From NCBI GenBank assembly GCA_040757555.1, contig JBFLWN010000005.1:8045-72044 (forward strand): a stretch of DNA of 64,000 nucleotides, given 5' to 3'. The notes beneath the pieces are model-generated. The model had not been told where the DNA came from and ran no database searches. It saw only the letters and a list, made by a program, of their open reading frames with translations. This DNA comes from Patescibacteria group bacterium (GTDB lineage: Bacteria > Patescibacteriota > Minisyncoccia > UBA6257 > GWB1-50-10). Made by a program: the position numbers and the translations under genes. This document shows, one piece after another, positions 55,731 to 64,000 of this stretch (position 1 is the stretch's first letter; the number at the start of each line of letters is the position of its first letter).

Positions 55731-56297
55731 ATGAGAATTACAGAACAAGTAAGAGAATTACTCGAAGAACTCATGGATAATAAATGGCACCTTCAACCGC
55801 CTCGTGGGGTTGGAAGGAAAACAGTAGATTTCTGGATTGAACGCAATTGGATCAAAACAAAAACCGTTCCAATCGCCAGCAAAAATAAAGTCCAATCCTT
55901 TTTTATGCCACTTCAAATTACAAAGAAGGGGCGAATTGTCTATCTGAATCAGAAATATCAAAACAAGAAACGTTTACCGAAAGAACTCATTGAATACCGA
56001 TTAAAACAACTTCGACAAGTGGTAGGCGTTCAGGTTGTCCGATCTCTTCAAACACGGAAATCATTTCTTTTTGAGTGGCGCCGTTCAACCCCCCACAACT
56101 GGTGGGTAGAGAACAGGAGGGGCAAAATGCTGTGGCATTCTTCTGACGATCGCAGTATACGACAAATCCCCGATTCGATGTTATTCGAAATAGTAAAACA
56201 CTCAAAAAATCTTATCATTACCGGTTCGTGGCTTGCAGGAAGAGATGAAGGAAGGCCCGAAGAAACAATATATCGACTTAAAAAGATTTATTCTTAA
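55731..56297 (+). CDS. Hypothetical basic protein (cassette 4)
   Basis: GGAGG RBS then ATG (MRITEQ); 188 aa; Trp/Arg-rich. Confidence 0.45.
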   Translation: MRITEQVRELLEELMDNKWHLQPPRGVGRKTVDFWIERNWIKTKTVPIASKNKVQSFFMPLQITKKGRIVYLNQKYQNKKRLPKELIEYRLKQLRQVVGVQVVRSLQTRKSFLFEWRRSTPHNWWVENRRGKMLWHSSDDRSIRQIPDSMLFEIVKHSKNLIITGSWLAGRDEGRPEETIYRLKKIYS

Positions 56298-56302
56298 AAA
56301 CA

Positions 56303-56328
56303 AAACCCCGATAACCATCGGGGTTTTT
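56303..56328. terminator. Terminator (partial boundary module)
   Basis: AAAACCCCGATAACCATCGGGGTTTTTGCTATA. Confidence 0.7.
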
Positions 56329-56350
56329 GCTATACTCTAAAACAAAATAT

Positions 56351-57628
56351 TTATTTCGATTCTTTGAGCTTATTAATTTCCTCCTTTAAGGCAACCATCT
56401 TAAGCTCCCGACCCACCATAAGTTGATTCAATCTTGTAAGCTCATTTACTTTTTCCGTAATCACAAGGTCGTTTTGTTTTCTTTTTGTGATATCAATAAT
56501 GGAACCAACCATTCGTATGGGCTTTTTTGTTTCATCATATTTTGTCACCCCTGTCGCCAAAAACCATTTATAATCCCCTCCTTTTGTCTTCAATCGATAT
56601 TCGGTTTCAAAAGGTTTTCCATCTTGGAAACATTGATTCACAATTGCAAAAGTTTTTTCCATGTCCTCGGGATGCAAAATAGCCTTAAACGCATCAAGAT
56701 TTTCTTTTAACTCACCCGATTCGTATCCAAGAAGCGCACACACTCGTGGAGACCAAAAAACATGATTCGTGAGCACATTCCAATCCCATATCCCCGCTCC
56801 CGTTCCGTTAACTGCCAACCTATATGTTTCTTCTGTCTCGCGCAATTTTTCTTCAAGATCTTTATATTTTTTAATCATCTCCTCAAGAGTAACTATTTTT
56901 GTTTCAAGATCAGAGCGAAAGTTTACTATTTCCCAAAAGTTTTTTGGTTTCTCTCGTTTTTCTTCAGAAAACCCTCCTGATTTCAAGAGATACGCAATAA
57001 GAGGCGCACCAATGAAAGACAATACCAAACGAGTTATAAGATTACTTTTTAACATCGAGGCATAGAGATCTGAATTCCAAAAGGCTCCCGTAGTAAACAC
57101 GAGAGCATCAAGTGCAAAAACTCCGAATATAATAATAAAAACACGAACAGGGAGAGGAAGAGATTTTACCTTCGAAAGAAGTTCCCACACAAATGCCAAA
57201 AAGAGAATATCAAGCACAATAGCGAGAATGGACCAAAAATAATACACTCCGCGCGTCAGATCAAACTGCACCCAATGAGTGACGTCTACCTGGAGATTTA
57301 AAAGATATACTATACCGATATAAAAAAATGAAGTAAATAATACCGTAAATAATCCGAATCTCCCTGCACGTGGCCCCTCGAAGAGATATAAAAAAAGTAT
57401 GGCAAACATAAGAGTAGTAAAAAAAGAGAATGATCCAATGAGGAAAAACCATTGATTCACTACAATTGAAAACCCAAGATCGGTGAGATTGTGAGTAAGG
57501 ATTGTTAACATCCCTATGTATGCATAGAACGGGATGAGTGTAATACGATTCCTCGTGCGATAAAGGATCCCAACAAAAAACCAAAGAAGAAGTGTCTGCA
57601 CGCACAAAATAAGAAAAGGAGTAATCAT
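56351..57628 (-). CDS. Membrane PAS-domain sensor protein (multi-TM N-terminus, PAS, coiled coil; no catalytic output)
   Basis: About 8 TM, then a PAS fold (GIWDWNVLTNHVFWSPR...KPFETEYRLKTKGGDYKWF). Confidence 0.6.
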   Translation of the reverse strand: MITPFLILCVQTLLLWFFVGILYRTRNRITLIPFYAYIGMLTILTHNLTDLGFSIVVNQWFFLIGSFSFFTTLMFAILFLYLFEGPRAGRFGLFTVLFTSFFYIGIVYLLNLQVDVTHWVQFDLTRGVYYFWSILAIVLDILFLAFVWELLSKVKSLPLPVRVFIIIFGVFALDALVFTTGAFWNSDLYASMLKSNLITRLVLSFIGAPLIAYLLKSGGFSEEKREKPKNFWEIVNFRSDLETKIVTLEEMIKKYKDLEEKLRETEETYRLAVNGTGAGIWDWNVLTNHVFWSPRVCALLGYESGELKENLDAFKAILHPEDMEKTFAIVNQCFQDGKPFETEYRLKTKGGDYKWFLATGVTKYDETKKPIRMVGSIIDITKRKQNDLVITEKVNELTRLNQLMVGRELKMVALKEEINKLKESK

Positions 57629-57637
57629 AATTATGTT

Positions 57638-58366
57638 CTATCTGTTTTTATTATACACTTTTTTAATAAATTTCTTTTCTTCCAAGAAGAAAAAGGAAAA
57701 AACCAAACATTGGTTTAGTGCCGCAACACACAAACCAGGAATAGAACCATACCATAGCGCAATTGCATACGACTGCAACTGTCCGATTCCATACATCGGA
57801 TTACTAAAATATTTATATGGGCCCATCACTATAAAGTCACGGATTTTTCTCCCTAAAAACATATCCTTCCAATAGTAAATATCAATTGATGCTACTTTCG
57901 CGGAAAGAATTTTTGTAATAAGACCGACGCTGGACATTATTAGTACTATTACAAATAAAATTCCCCTAGGAAAAAAATCAAATACATCCCCAGAGGTCGA
58001 CGAAGTGATATATGCGATACTTATCACGTTGTTTAAAAATAAAAATCCAAGAATTGCCTCAAACGCCAAATATCCCTTCTCTTCACTCCCCCATTTTTTG
58101 ATAAACCAATGACGACATCCATTCTCTGGCAACACAAGATATATAAACCCTATATATAAAATTTCGGCTACCAAAAAATAAATGAGGGCCAGCTGTGAGT
58201 TGAGGGGTTGAAATAAGGAAAGATAAAGTGAAAAAAAGAGTACAAAAGATATCGCAATGGTTCTGAGTATTGTGGCATGTTTCGGCACATATCCAGACAT
58301 TGAGAGAACAAGCACAATATAATCGCGCATTTCCCCTAAAAATTTTGAAAAGGCTTTTTTATACAT
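57638..58366 (-). CDS. Membrane methyltransferase, PEMT/ICMT (phospholipid/isoprenylcysteine) family-like
   Basis: GPYKYFSNPMYGIGQLQSYAIALWYGS resembles the family C-terminal motif. Confidence 0.45.
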   Translation of the reverse strand: MYKKAFSKFLGEMRDYIVLVLSMSGYVPKHATILRTIAISFVLFFSLYLSLFQPLNSQLALIYFLVAEILYIGFIYLVLPENGCRHWFIKKWGSEEKGYLAFEAILGFLFLNNVISIAYITSSTSGDVFDFFPRGILFVIVLIMSSVGLITKILSAKVASIDIYYWKDMFLGRKIRDFIVMGPYKYFSNPMYGIGQLQSYAIALWYGSIPGLCVAALNQCLVFSFFFLEEKKFIKKVYNKNR

Positions 58367-58424
58367 AATATTATTCTCACTAATTCGGGCAGTGGTAAAA
58401 GTATACCATAACTTAAAAACCCCG

Positions 58425-58445
58425 AATTAAATCGGGGTTTTTATT
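58425..58445 (-). terminator. Rho-independent terminator
   Basis: AAAACCCCGAATTAAATCGGGGTTTTT. Confidence 0.7.
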
Positions 58446-58461
58446 AATTAACTCTACATCA

Positions 58462-58764
58462 TCAGTCGGGACAGCAACTTGGCAAATCCTGTCCTGGGAA
58501 ATTTTTTTCATTCCATGAACCCCCATTCTCTTCCAACTCGAGAAGTTCGGATGTTTTTTCTAAACCCCACATAGTTCGGCGACCACGAAGATCGCGACAG
58601 GTAACATCAGAACAATAGAAATTGATGTAAGGATCTCCTGGAATGGGAATATCTTCCATTGCGAGACTTCCACAGGCAGGACAATGGCCAAATGGAGCGT
58701 TTTGATTCCAGTCTTTCTTCTCTACTCGAATATCAGATCCTGGGGTACGTAGATAATCACTCAC
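58462..58764 (-). CDS. Hypothetical Cys-containing protein
   Basis: 100 aa; HCPACG, CSDVTC, SCCPD. Confidence 0.35.
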   Translation of the reverse strand: MSDYLRTPGSDIRVEKKDWNQNAPFGHCPACGSLAMEDIPIPGDPYINFYCSDVTCRDLRGRRTMWGLEKTSELLELEENGGSWNEKNFPGQDLPSCCPD

Positions 58765-58918
58765 AGTTTTATTCTCCTTTTATTGTAAATATAACTATTC
58801 AATAGTATATACAACACTTCCTTTTTGTCGAATTACCCGTTTTTTTGATATTCCAAAGAAAAATTATACACAAACCGCAGATATAGTAATTTCGAATGAA
58901 ATCTTGTATAGTAAATCC

Positions 58919-59173
58919 ATGGCAAAAACCAATTCGGCGTTCATGAAGCCGATGAACGTCAGTGAAGAGTTAGCAGCGGTAGTCGGAAAGGGACCAATGC
59001 CACGGTCTGAGGTCGTCAAAAAGCTTTGGGTATACATCAAGGAGAAAGATCTCCAAGATCCAGCCAATAAGCGGAACATTAATGCCGACGAAAACTTAAA
59101 GAAAGTATTCGGTGGCAAAGCGGTAGTAAACATGTTCGAAATGACGAAACTCGTTTCAAAGCATCTTTCCTAA
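58919..59173 (+). CDS. SWIB/MDM2 domain protein
   Basis: ELAAVVGKGPMPRSEVVKKLWVYIKEKDLQDPANKRNINADENLKKVFG matches the SWIB consensus. Confidence 0.65.
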   Translation: MAKTNSAFMKPMNVSEELAAVVGKGPMPRSEVVKKLWVYIKEKDLQDPANKRNINADENLKKVFGGKAVVNMFEMTKLVSKHLS

Positions 59174-59283
59174 GATCCGACGATGAGTAAAGAAATGGCG
59201 TCGATACTCTCGGCGCTATTTTTTTGCTCTTATGAATAATCTCCATTCAAATAATTGCTATATTGTGACTTTTTTGACATAAT

Positions 59284-60768
59284 ATGCATCGCTACGGAAC
59301 ATACACATCTATGGCACATAATGAAGTTATATTAAGGTTTGACAAGGTATCCTTTGAATTCGGACACCACCACCCCATTTTGAATGAGGTTGATTTTGTA
59401 CTCCGCAATGGGTTGAAAATGACACTCATGGGACAAAATGGTGCAGGAAAGAGTACTATCTTTCAACTTATTACCGGCACTCTCCAGCCGGAATCCGGAT
59501 CGATCAGTATTGCCGATAAATTGAGTATTGCAACCGCGCGACAAGTAATTCCCCGCGGAGAAATGCATCTTACGGTGCGAGAATTTTTCGAAAAATGTTT
59601 TTCAAAAAAAATATACGATATTGATCCCCGTATCGACGAAGTGCTTGAAATCGTAAATCTCCAAGCACCCCACGATCGCACCGTGAAATCATTTTCAGGC
59701 GGACAACAGGCCAGACTCCTTCTTGCTTCCGCACTTATTCAGAAACCAGACATTCTCCTTCTTGACGAACCAACCAATAATCTCGACAAAGCAGGAATTG
59801 CACATCTCACCCAATTCCTTATCGATTACAAAAAAACCTGTGTGGTGATCTCACACGATGCCGATTTTTTGAATGCATTCACACAAGGGGTGCTCTATCT
59901 TGATGTCCATACCCGAAAAATTGAACAATACGTCGGAAATTATTCCGATGTGGTCGCACAAATTTCGTTGCGTATTGAAAAAGAAAACAGAAAAAATGCA
60001 CTCCTCGCAAAAGAGATTCAAGAGAACAAAGAAAAAGCAAACTTTTTTGCCCATAAGGGGGGACAAATGCGTTTAGTTGCAAAAAAAATGCGCGAAAAAG
60101 CGGAAGAAATGGAAGAAGCAATGGTGGATGTAAGAAAAGAAGATAAAACTATCCGACAATTTGTTATTCCTTCTCAACCCGAAATAACCGGAGAAATACT
60201 CCATATTTCTTCATACAGCGTATTCACTCATCACAAACCGGTAAATAAAAAGGTAAATATTTCCATTAAAAAAAATCAACACTTTCTATTACAGGGACCA
60301 AACGGCATCGGAAAAAGCACACTTCTTGAAGCGCTTACCCATAAGGAAAGAAAGGGTTCCACGATAGCAGAAGGAGTCCGTGTGGGATATTATCGACAAG
60401 ATTTTTCTACACTAAATTTTGACGATTCGGTATATCATGCCCTCTCATCGGTTGCCGATAAAATAACCGAAGAAGATATTCGTTCTACCGCTTCGGGATT
60501 TCTTATTAATGAACACGTGATGCGCGCAAAAATCGGAACCCTCTCAGAGGGACAAAAGGGATTAGTTGCATTCGCACAACTCGTATTGTTGCGTCCGGGA
60601 CTTCTTATCCTCGATGAACCTACCAATCACATGAATTTTCGTCATCTCCCAATAATTGCTGCCGCGCTCAATAAATACGACGGTGCAATGATTCTTGTGA
60701 GTCACGTACCCGAATTTATTAGTCAAATCCGTATTGATGAAATAATTGATCTAGAAAAAAACGCATAG
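59284..60768 (+). CDS. ABC-F family ATPase (tandem ABC domains, no TM; translation factor-like)
   Basis: Two Walker A sites (GQNGAGKST, GPNGIGKST), two signature-like motifs (SGGQQARL, SEGQKGLV), and an inter-domain linker. Confidence 0.8.
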   Translation: MHRYGTYTSMAHNEVILRFDKVSFEFGHHHPILNEVDFVLRNGLKMTLMGQNGAGKSTIFQLITGTLQPESGSISIADKLSIATARQVIPRGEMHLTVREFFEKCFSKKIYDIDPRIDEVLEIVNLQAPHDRTVKSFSGGQQARLLLASALIQKPDILLLDEPTNNLDKAGIAHLTQFLIDYKKTCVVISHDADFLNAFTQGVLYLDVHTRKIEQYVGNYSDVVAQISLRIEKENRKNALLAKEIQENKEKANFFAHKGGQMRLVAKKMREKAEEMEEAMVDVRKEDKTIRQFVIPSQPEITGEILHISSYSVFTHHKPVNKKVNISIKKNQHFLLQGPNGIGKSTLLEALTHKERKGSTIAEGVRVGYYRQDFSTLNFDDSVYHALSSVADKITEEDIRSTASGFLINEHVMRAKIGTLSEGQKGLVAFAQLVLLRPGLLILDEPTNHMNFRHLPIIAAALNKYDGAMILVSHVPEFISQIRIDEIIDLEKNA

Positions 60769-60787
60769 CATTACGTAATATTGAAAC

Positions 60788-60817
60788 AAAAAGCCGAGAT
60801 ATTATCTCGGCTTTTTG
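60788..60817. terminator. Bidirectional terminator
   Basis: AAAAAGCCGAGATATTATCTCGGCTTTTTG. Confidence 0.75.
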
Positions 60818-60841
60818 AGTAAATCTCGTTTTCAATGAGAT

Positions 60842-61054
60842 TTATTGTGTATCTTGAATAAGAGACACGTTTACTGCATTCGGTCCTTTCGGCGAATCGG
60901 CTTTTTCGAAAGATACTCGATCACCTTTTTTCAGCTCGTCAAAGGTAATTCCCTTGAGTTCATTGCTGTGAAAAAATAAATCTTTCTCTTCACCGTCAAC
61001 CGTGATGAATCCAAATCCCTTGTCAGTGACAAGATTCTTAATTGTTCCTTCCAT
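60842..61054 (-). CDS. Cold-shock protein (CspA family)
   Basis: KGFGFITV and FFH RNP motifs; 70 aa; ~140-nt 5' leader. Confidence 0.85.
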   Translation of the reverse strand: MEGTIKNLVTDKGFGFITVDGEEKDLFFHSNELKGITFDELKKGDRVSFEKADSPKGPNAVNVSLIQDTQ

Positions 61055-61195
61055 GTGTTAGGTTACTATAATTGTTATTTTAAGGTTTTGAGGTTTTATC
61101 CTAAAGTTTAGCTCCCTGAATAAACTCGACTAAATAAATATTAGGTAACTATCTTACCGTTGATAATATTAGCATCTAAAAATTAATTAGTCAAG

Positions 61196-61762
61196 TTACA
61201 ATAATTCTCCCAATAGTTCTTCAGTGCCAATATTTTTTTTAGCTGAATAAGGAATAATGAGGTGTGATCCAACGAGGTCTCTTATTTTTTTGAACTGTTT
61301 TTGATATTCGGATTTTTTTATCTTATCTATTTTATTTGCCACTACCACAATGTCTTTTTTATAATCCTCTAAGCTATGAAGCATATCCAGATCATCTTTC
61401 GTTGGGCCAATATTTGCGTCAATGATTATCACGACTTTTTTCTGATTATAGTGGGAAACAAAAAAATACCATTTAATCATTGCGGTAAGACTATTTCTTA
61501 TTTCACCCGGAACCTTTGCGTATCCATATCCCGGAAGATCGACAAAATATAGGGAATCATTTATCAAAAACAAATTTATCATCTGTGTGCGTCCGGGAAA
61601 AGAACTGGTGTTCGCCAAACCATCTTGATGTACAAGAGAGTTGATAACACTCGACTTCCCCACATTCGAACGACCAATAAATGCGACTTGAGGAATCCCA
61701 TTATCAAATATTCCATCACTCCCACGTACGCTTTTTATAAAACGAGCTGATGTTATTTTCAT
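61196..61762 (-). CDS. engB: Ribosome biogenesis GTPase EngB/YsxC
   Basis: AFIGRSNVGKSSVINSL (G1), DLPGYG (G3), NKIDK (G4). Confidence 0.85.
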   Translation of the reverse strand: MKITSARFIKSVRGSDGIFDNGIPQVAFIGRSNVGKSSVINSLVHQDGLANTSSFPGRTQMINLFLINDSLYFVDLPGYGYAKVPGEIRNSLTAMIKWYFFVSHYNQKKVVIIIDANIGPTKDDLDMLHSLEDYKKDIVVVANKIDKIKKSEYQKQFKKIRDLVGSHLIIPYSAKKNIGTEELLGELL

Positions 61763-61820
61763 ATATACAATAATTGTATGTTTGATGAAAAACCGATCAT
61801 GATAATCGGTTTTTATATTT

Positions 61821-62444
61821 TTACTTCTTCGCTTTTTTACCTTTTTCGGATGATTTTTTATTTAGAACCTTCTTTGATTTTTCTTTTTCTTCAATCACCA
61901 CTTCTTTCTTTTCTTCTTTTCCTCGATTCGACAGAGCTAGGATGTTTATAATTCTATCAAGTTTTGAATTTAACATATCAAACTGTTCTTTGTATTGACT
62001 TGTGGCTTTCTCATTACCCCTCCCCATAGAACCCCCGCTTTTTTCAAAACAATCGCTACAATATACCGGTTTATCTCCCGTTGGCCTAAATGGAATCTGA
62101 CATCGTTTTTTACAGTTGGCACACATCGCTTCGAACATCGGCTTATCTCTGAACGATTGTTCTTTTCTCCCCCCAAAACTCGGTTTTCTGAAATTACCTC
62201 CCGTGGATCTTGTTCCCCCTCCATCGCTATCATGATTTCTAAAACAATCACTACAATATACAGGCCTGTCTCCCGTTGGTTTAAATGGCACTTCACATTC
62301 ATTATTACAATCGCTACACACTGCTTTATTCAATGTCTGCCTTCTTTCACCACCGCCAAACCCACGCCCACCAGAATCGCGTCTACCAAATCCCCTTCCT
62401 CCCCCTCTTCCATTTGATTTATTATCTCTCTTAAAAAATGCCAT
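61821..62444 (-). CDS. RGG-rich protein with duplicated CxxC...CxxC zinc-ribbon modules
   Basis: Start MAFFKRDNKSNGRGGGRGFG; two copies of C..C...C..PF.PTGD.PVYCSDCF; Lys-rich tail. Confidence 0.45.
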   Translation of the reverse strand: MAFFKRDNKSNGRGGGRGFGRRDSGGRGFGGGERRQTLNKAVCSDCNNECEVPFKPTGDRPVYCSDCFRNHDSDGGGTRSTGGNFRKPSFGGRKEQSFRDKPMFEAMCANCKKRCQIPFRPTGDKPVYCSDCFEKSGGSMGRGNEKATSQYKEQFDMLNSKLDRIINILALSNRGKEEKKEVVIEEKEKSKKVLNKKSSEKGKKAKK

Positions 62445-62530
62445 ATATAAATAGACTCTATTCCTTTTTGAAAGAAACAGCAAATTGTGCTGAAAATCAA
62501 ATCCGAAGATATCGTGATATAATTATATAT

Positions 62531-63061
62531 ATGAAAAAAACAACGTGGGGAATCATCATTATAGTTTTAATGATTTTCGTCGGAATATTTGTATTGAGAA
62601 CGTATAACACGCCACTCGTTCAAGTAGACTCAAGAAATAGCACTTATATCATAGAAAACAAACCAGTCACATTAATAAATGGATTTGCTGAAGAAGAAAT
62701 CACTCCTGGATCGGCGTCAAAAATTATTACCCGCTATTTCGGCAATGAAGCGTTGGGAGATTTAAATAATGATAATCAAGAAGATGCCGCCTTCTTACTT
62801 TCACAAGATGGAGGAGGAAGTGGAACTTTTTATTATGTCGCGGCTCTTTTATACAAAAAGGATGGAACCCAAGGAACAAACGCAATATTTTTAGGTGATC
62901 GTATTGCTCCACAAGCTACGGAAATACGAGAAGGAAAAATTATTGTGAATTATGCCGATAGAAAACCTGGGGAACCAATGTCTGCACAACCATCAGTTGG
63001 CGTGTCAAAATATTTTAAAATTGAGGGGGGTATATTGGTAGAATTAAAAGAAAAAAATTAG
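62531..63061 (+). CDS. Hypothetical N-terminally anchored protein
   Basis: Start MKKTTWGIIIIVLMIFV; 176 aa. Confidence 0.45.
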   Translation: MKKTTWGIIIIVLMIFVGIFVLRTYNTPLVQVDSRNSTYIIENKPVTLINGFAEEEITPGSASKIITRYFGNEALGDLNNDNQEDAAFLLSQDGGGSGTFYYVAALLYKKDGTQGTNAIFLGDRIAPQATEIREGKIIVNYADRKPGEPMSAQPSVGVSKYFKIEGGILVELKEKN

Positions 63062-63074
63062 TAGAATTAACTAC

Positions 63075-63377
63075 ATGAAAGGATTTATTATTTTTATTCG
63101 CGAACAAGGAGTCGTGGGTTTGGCAGTTGGGTTTATTCTCGGAGGGGCAGTTTCTAAAGTGGTTTCCGCACTGGTCACCGATATCGTGAATCCAATCATC
63201 GGCATTGCACTCGGCGCAGCTGAGGGATTAAAAACCGCCTCAATTTCGATTGGATCAACCCATATTCTCTATGGCGATCTCATTAGTGTTCTGATTGATT
63301 TTGTTATTGTCGCACTCGTCGTGTATTACGGAGTTAAAATACTCGGGATTGATAAGTGGGATAAGAAGAAAGAATAA
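63075..63377 (+). CDS. mscL: Large-conductance mechanosensitive channel MscL
   Basis: FIREQGVVGLAVGFILGGA...NPIIGIALG signature. Confidence 0.85.
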   Translation: MKGFIIFIREQGVVGLAVGFILGGAVSKVVSALVTDIVNPIIGIALGAAEGLKTASISIGSTHILYGDLISVLIDFVIVALVVYYGVKILGIDKWDKKKE

Positions 63378-64000
63378 TGGAAATTATATTTTTTTCAGCG
63401 CTTCTTTTTTTATCGCTTTTTTTGGTTCTTAAAAGTGCGGATTTTGCTATCCGATACTCAACTCGACTTGCGGAGGGATTTCGTCTTCCAAGATATGTTG
63501 TTGGCTTTCTTGTTGTTGCGGTCATCTCAATCATGCCCGAAACATTTATTTCCATCACTTCGGCTATTGAAGGAACTCCCTCGTTGGGACTTGGAACGCT
63601 TTTTGGTTCAAACATCGCGGATCTCACTCTTGTCTTTGCATTCGTTATCTTTGTTTCCGGCCACCCCCTGAAAGTAGAGAGTAAATTAATAAAACACAGA
63701 TTTTCGTATATTTTCATCATGCTTATTCCGATCATTTTGGGCATGAATGGATATTATTCGAGAATTGAAGGACTTGCCCTCATCCTTATAGGACTACTCT
63801 TCTATATTTATATATTCAAAAGCAATCCAAAAAAAGAGGAGAAACAAAAAAAAGAATATTCTATAAAAACAATTTTTCTTCTTCTCCTGAGCATGGCGGT
63901 TCTTCTTTTGGGCGCGCACTTCACGGTCACTTTTGGTGTCGAGGTTGCGCATGAACTCTCATTAAGCCCTACCCTCATCGGACTCTTTATTATTGGGCTT
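63377..64000 (+). CDS. Na+/Ca2+ exchanger (CaCA/YrbG) family membrane protein, 3' end beyond window
   Basis: TAATG overlap with mscL; alpha-repeat motif GTLFGSNIADLTLV; open frame to the window end (absent from the ORF track). Confidence 0.65.
   Translation, partial: MEIIFFSALLFLSLFLVLKSADFAIRYSTRLAEGFRLPRYVVGFLVVAVISIMPETFISITSAIEGTPSLGLGTLFGSNIADLTLVFAFVIFVSGHPLKVESKLIKHRFSYIFIMLIPIILGMNGYYSRIEGLALILIGLLFYIYIFKSNPKKEEKQKKEYSIKTIFLLLLSMAVLLLGAHFTVTFGVEVAHELSLSPTLIGLFIIGL

Overview
The window is AT-rich (~35% GC) bacterial DNA that uses the standard code (TGA is used as a stop). It is densely packed with small genes, which by inference suggests a reduced-genome (Patescibacteria/CPR-like) organism. 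Contents from left to right:
1. A minus-strand type IV pilus operon (PilB ATPase, PilC platform, five prepilin-like genes, two tandem major-pilin paralogs), bracketed by receiver-only response regulators and two PAS histidine kinases. One kinase runs off the window start and is missing from the ORF track.
2. tRNA-His next to hisS, then a peptidoglycan-peptide/D-amino-acid cluster (AstE/AspA-type deacylase, VanX-type dipeptidase, a frameshifted GNAT, a DapF-like epimerase) and a histidine ammonia-lyase.
3. An NfeD-flotillin operon, a GT2 glycosyltransferase, an RRM RNA-binding protein, and a ferric-reductase/NOX-like membrane oxidoreductase translationally coupled to a secreted Cys-rich repeat protein.
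4. Housekeeping genes: trigger factor, greA, truB, rlmH, an ABC-F factor, csp, engB, mscL, and a truncated CaCA exchanger at the right edge.
5. A ~12 kb integrated element directly 3' of tRNA-Asn (42.5 kb). It carries a large serine recombinase, a BcgI-like restriction-modification pair, an excisionase-like HTH protein, and cargo including HEPN-like, HD and retropepsin-like proteins. A 15-bp direct repeat of the tRNA 3' end lies at 54.67 kb.
6. At 53.6-56.3 kb, an array of small-gene cassettes, each bounded by a reiterated terminator + sigma70-promoter + palindromic-operator module.
No rRNA and no CRISPR array are present.
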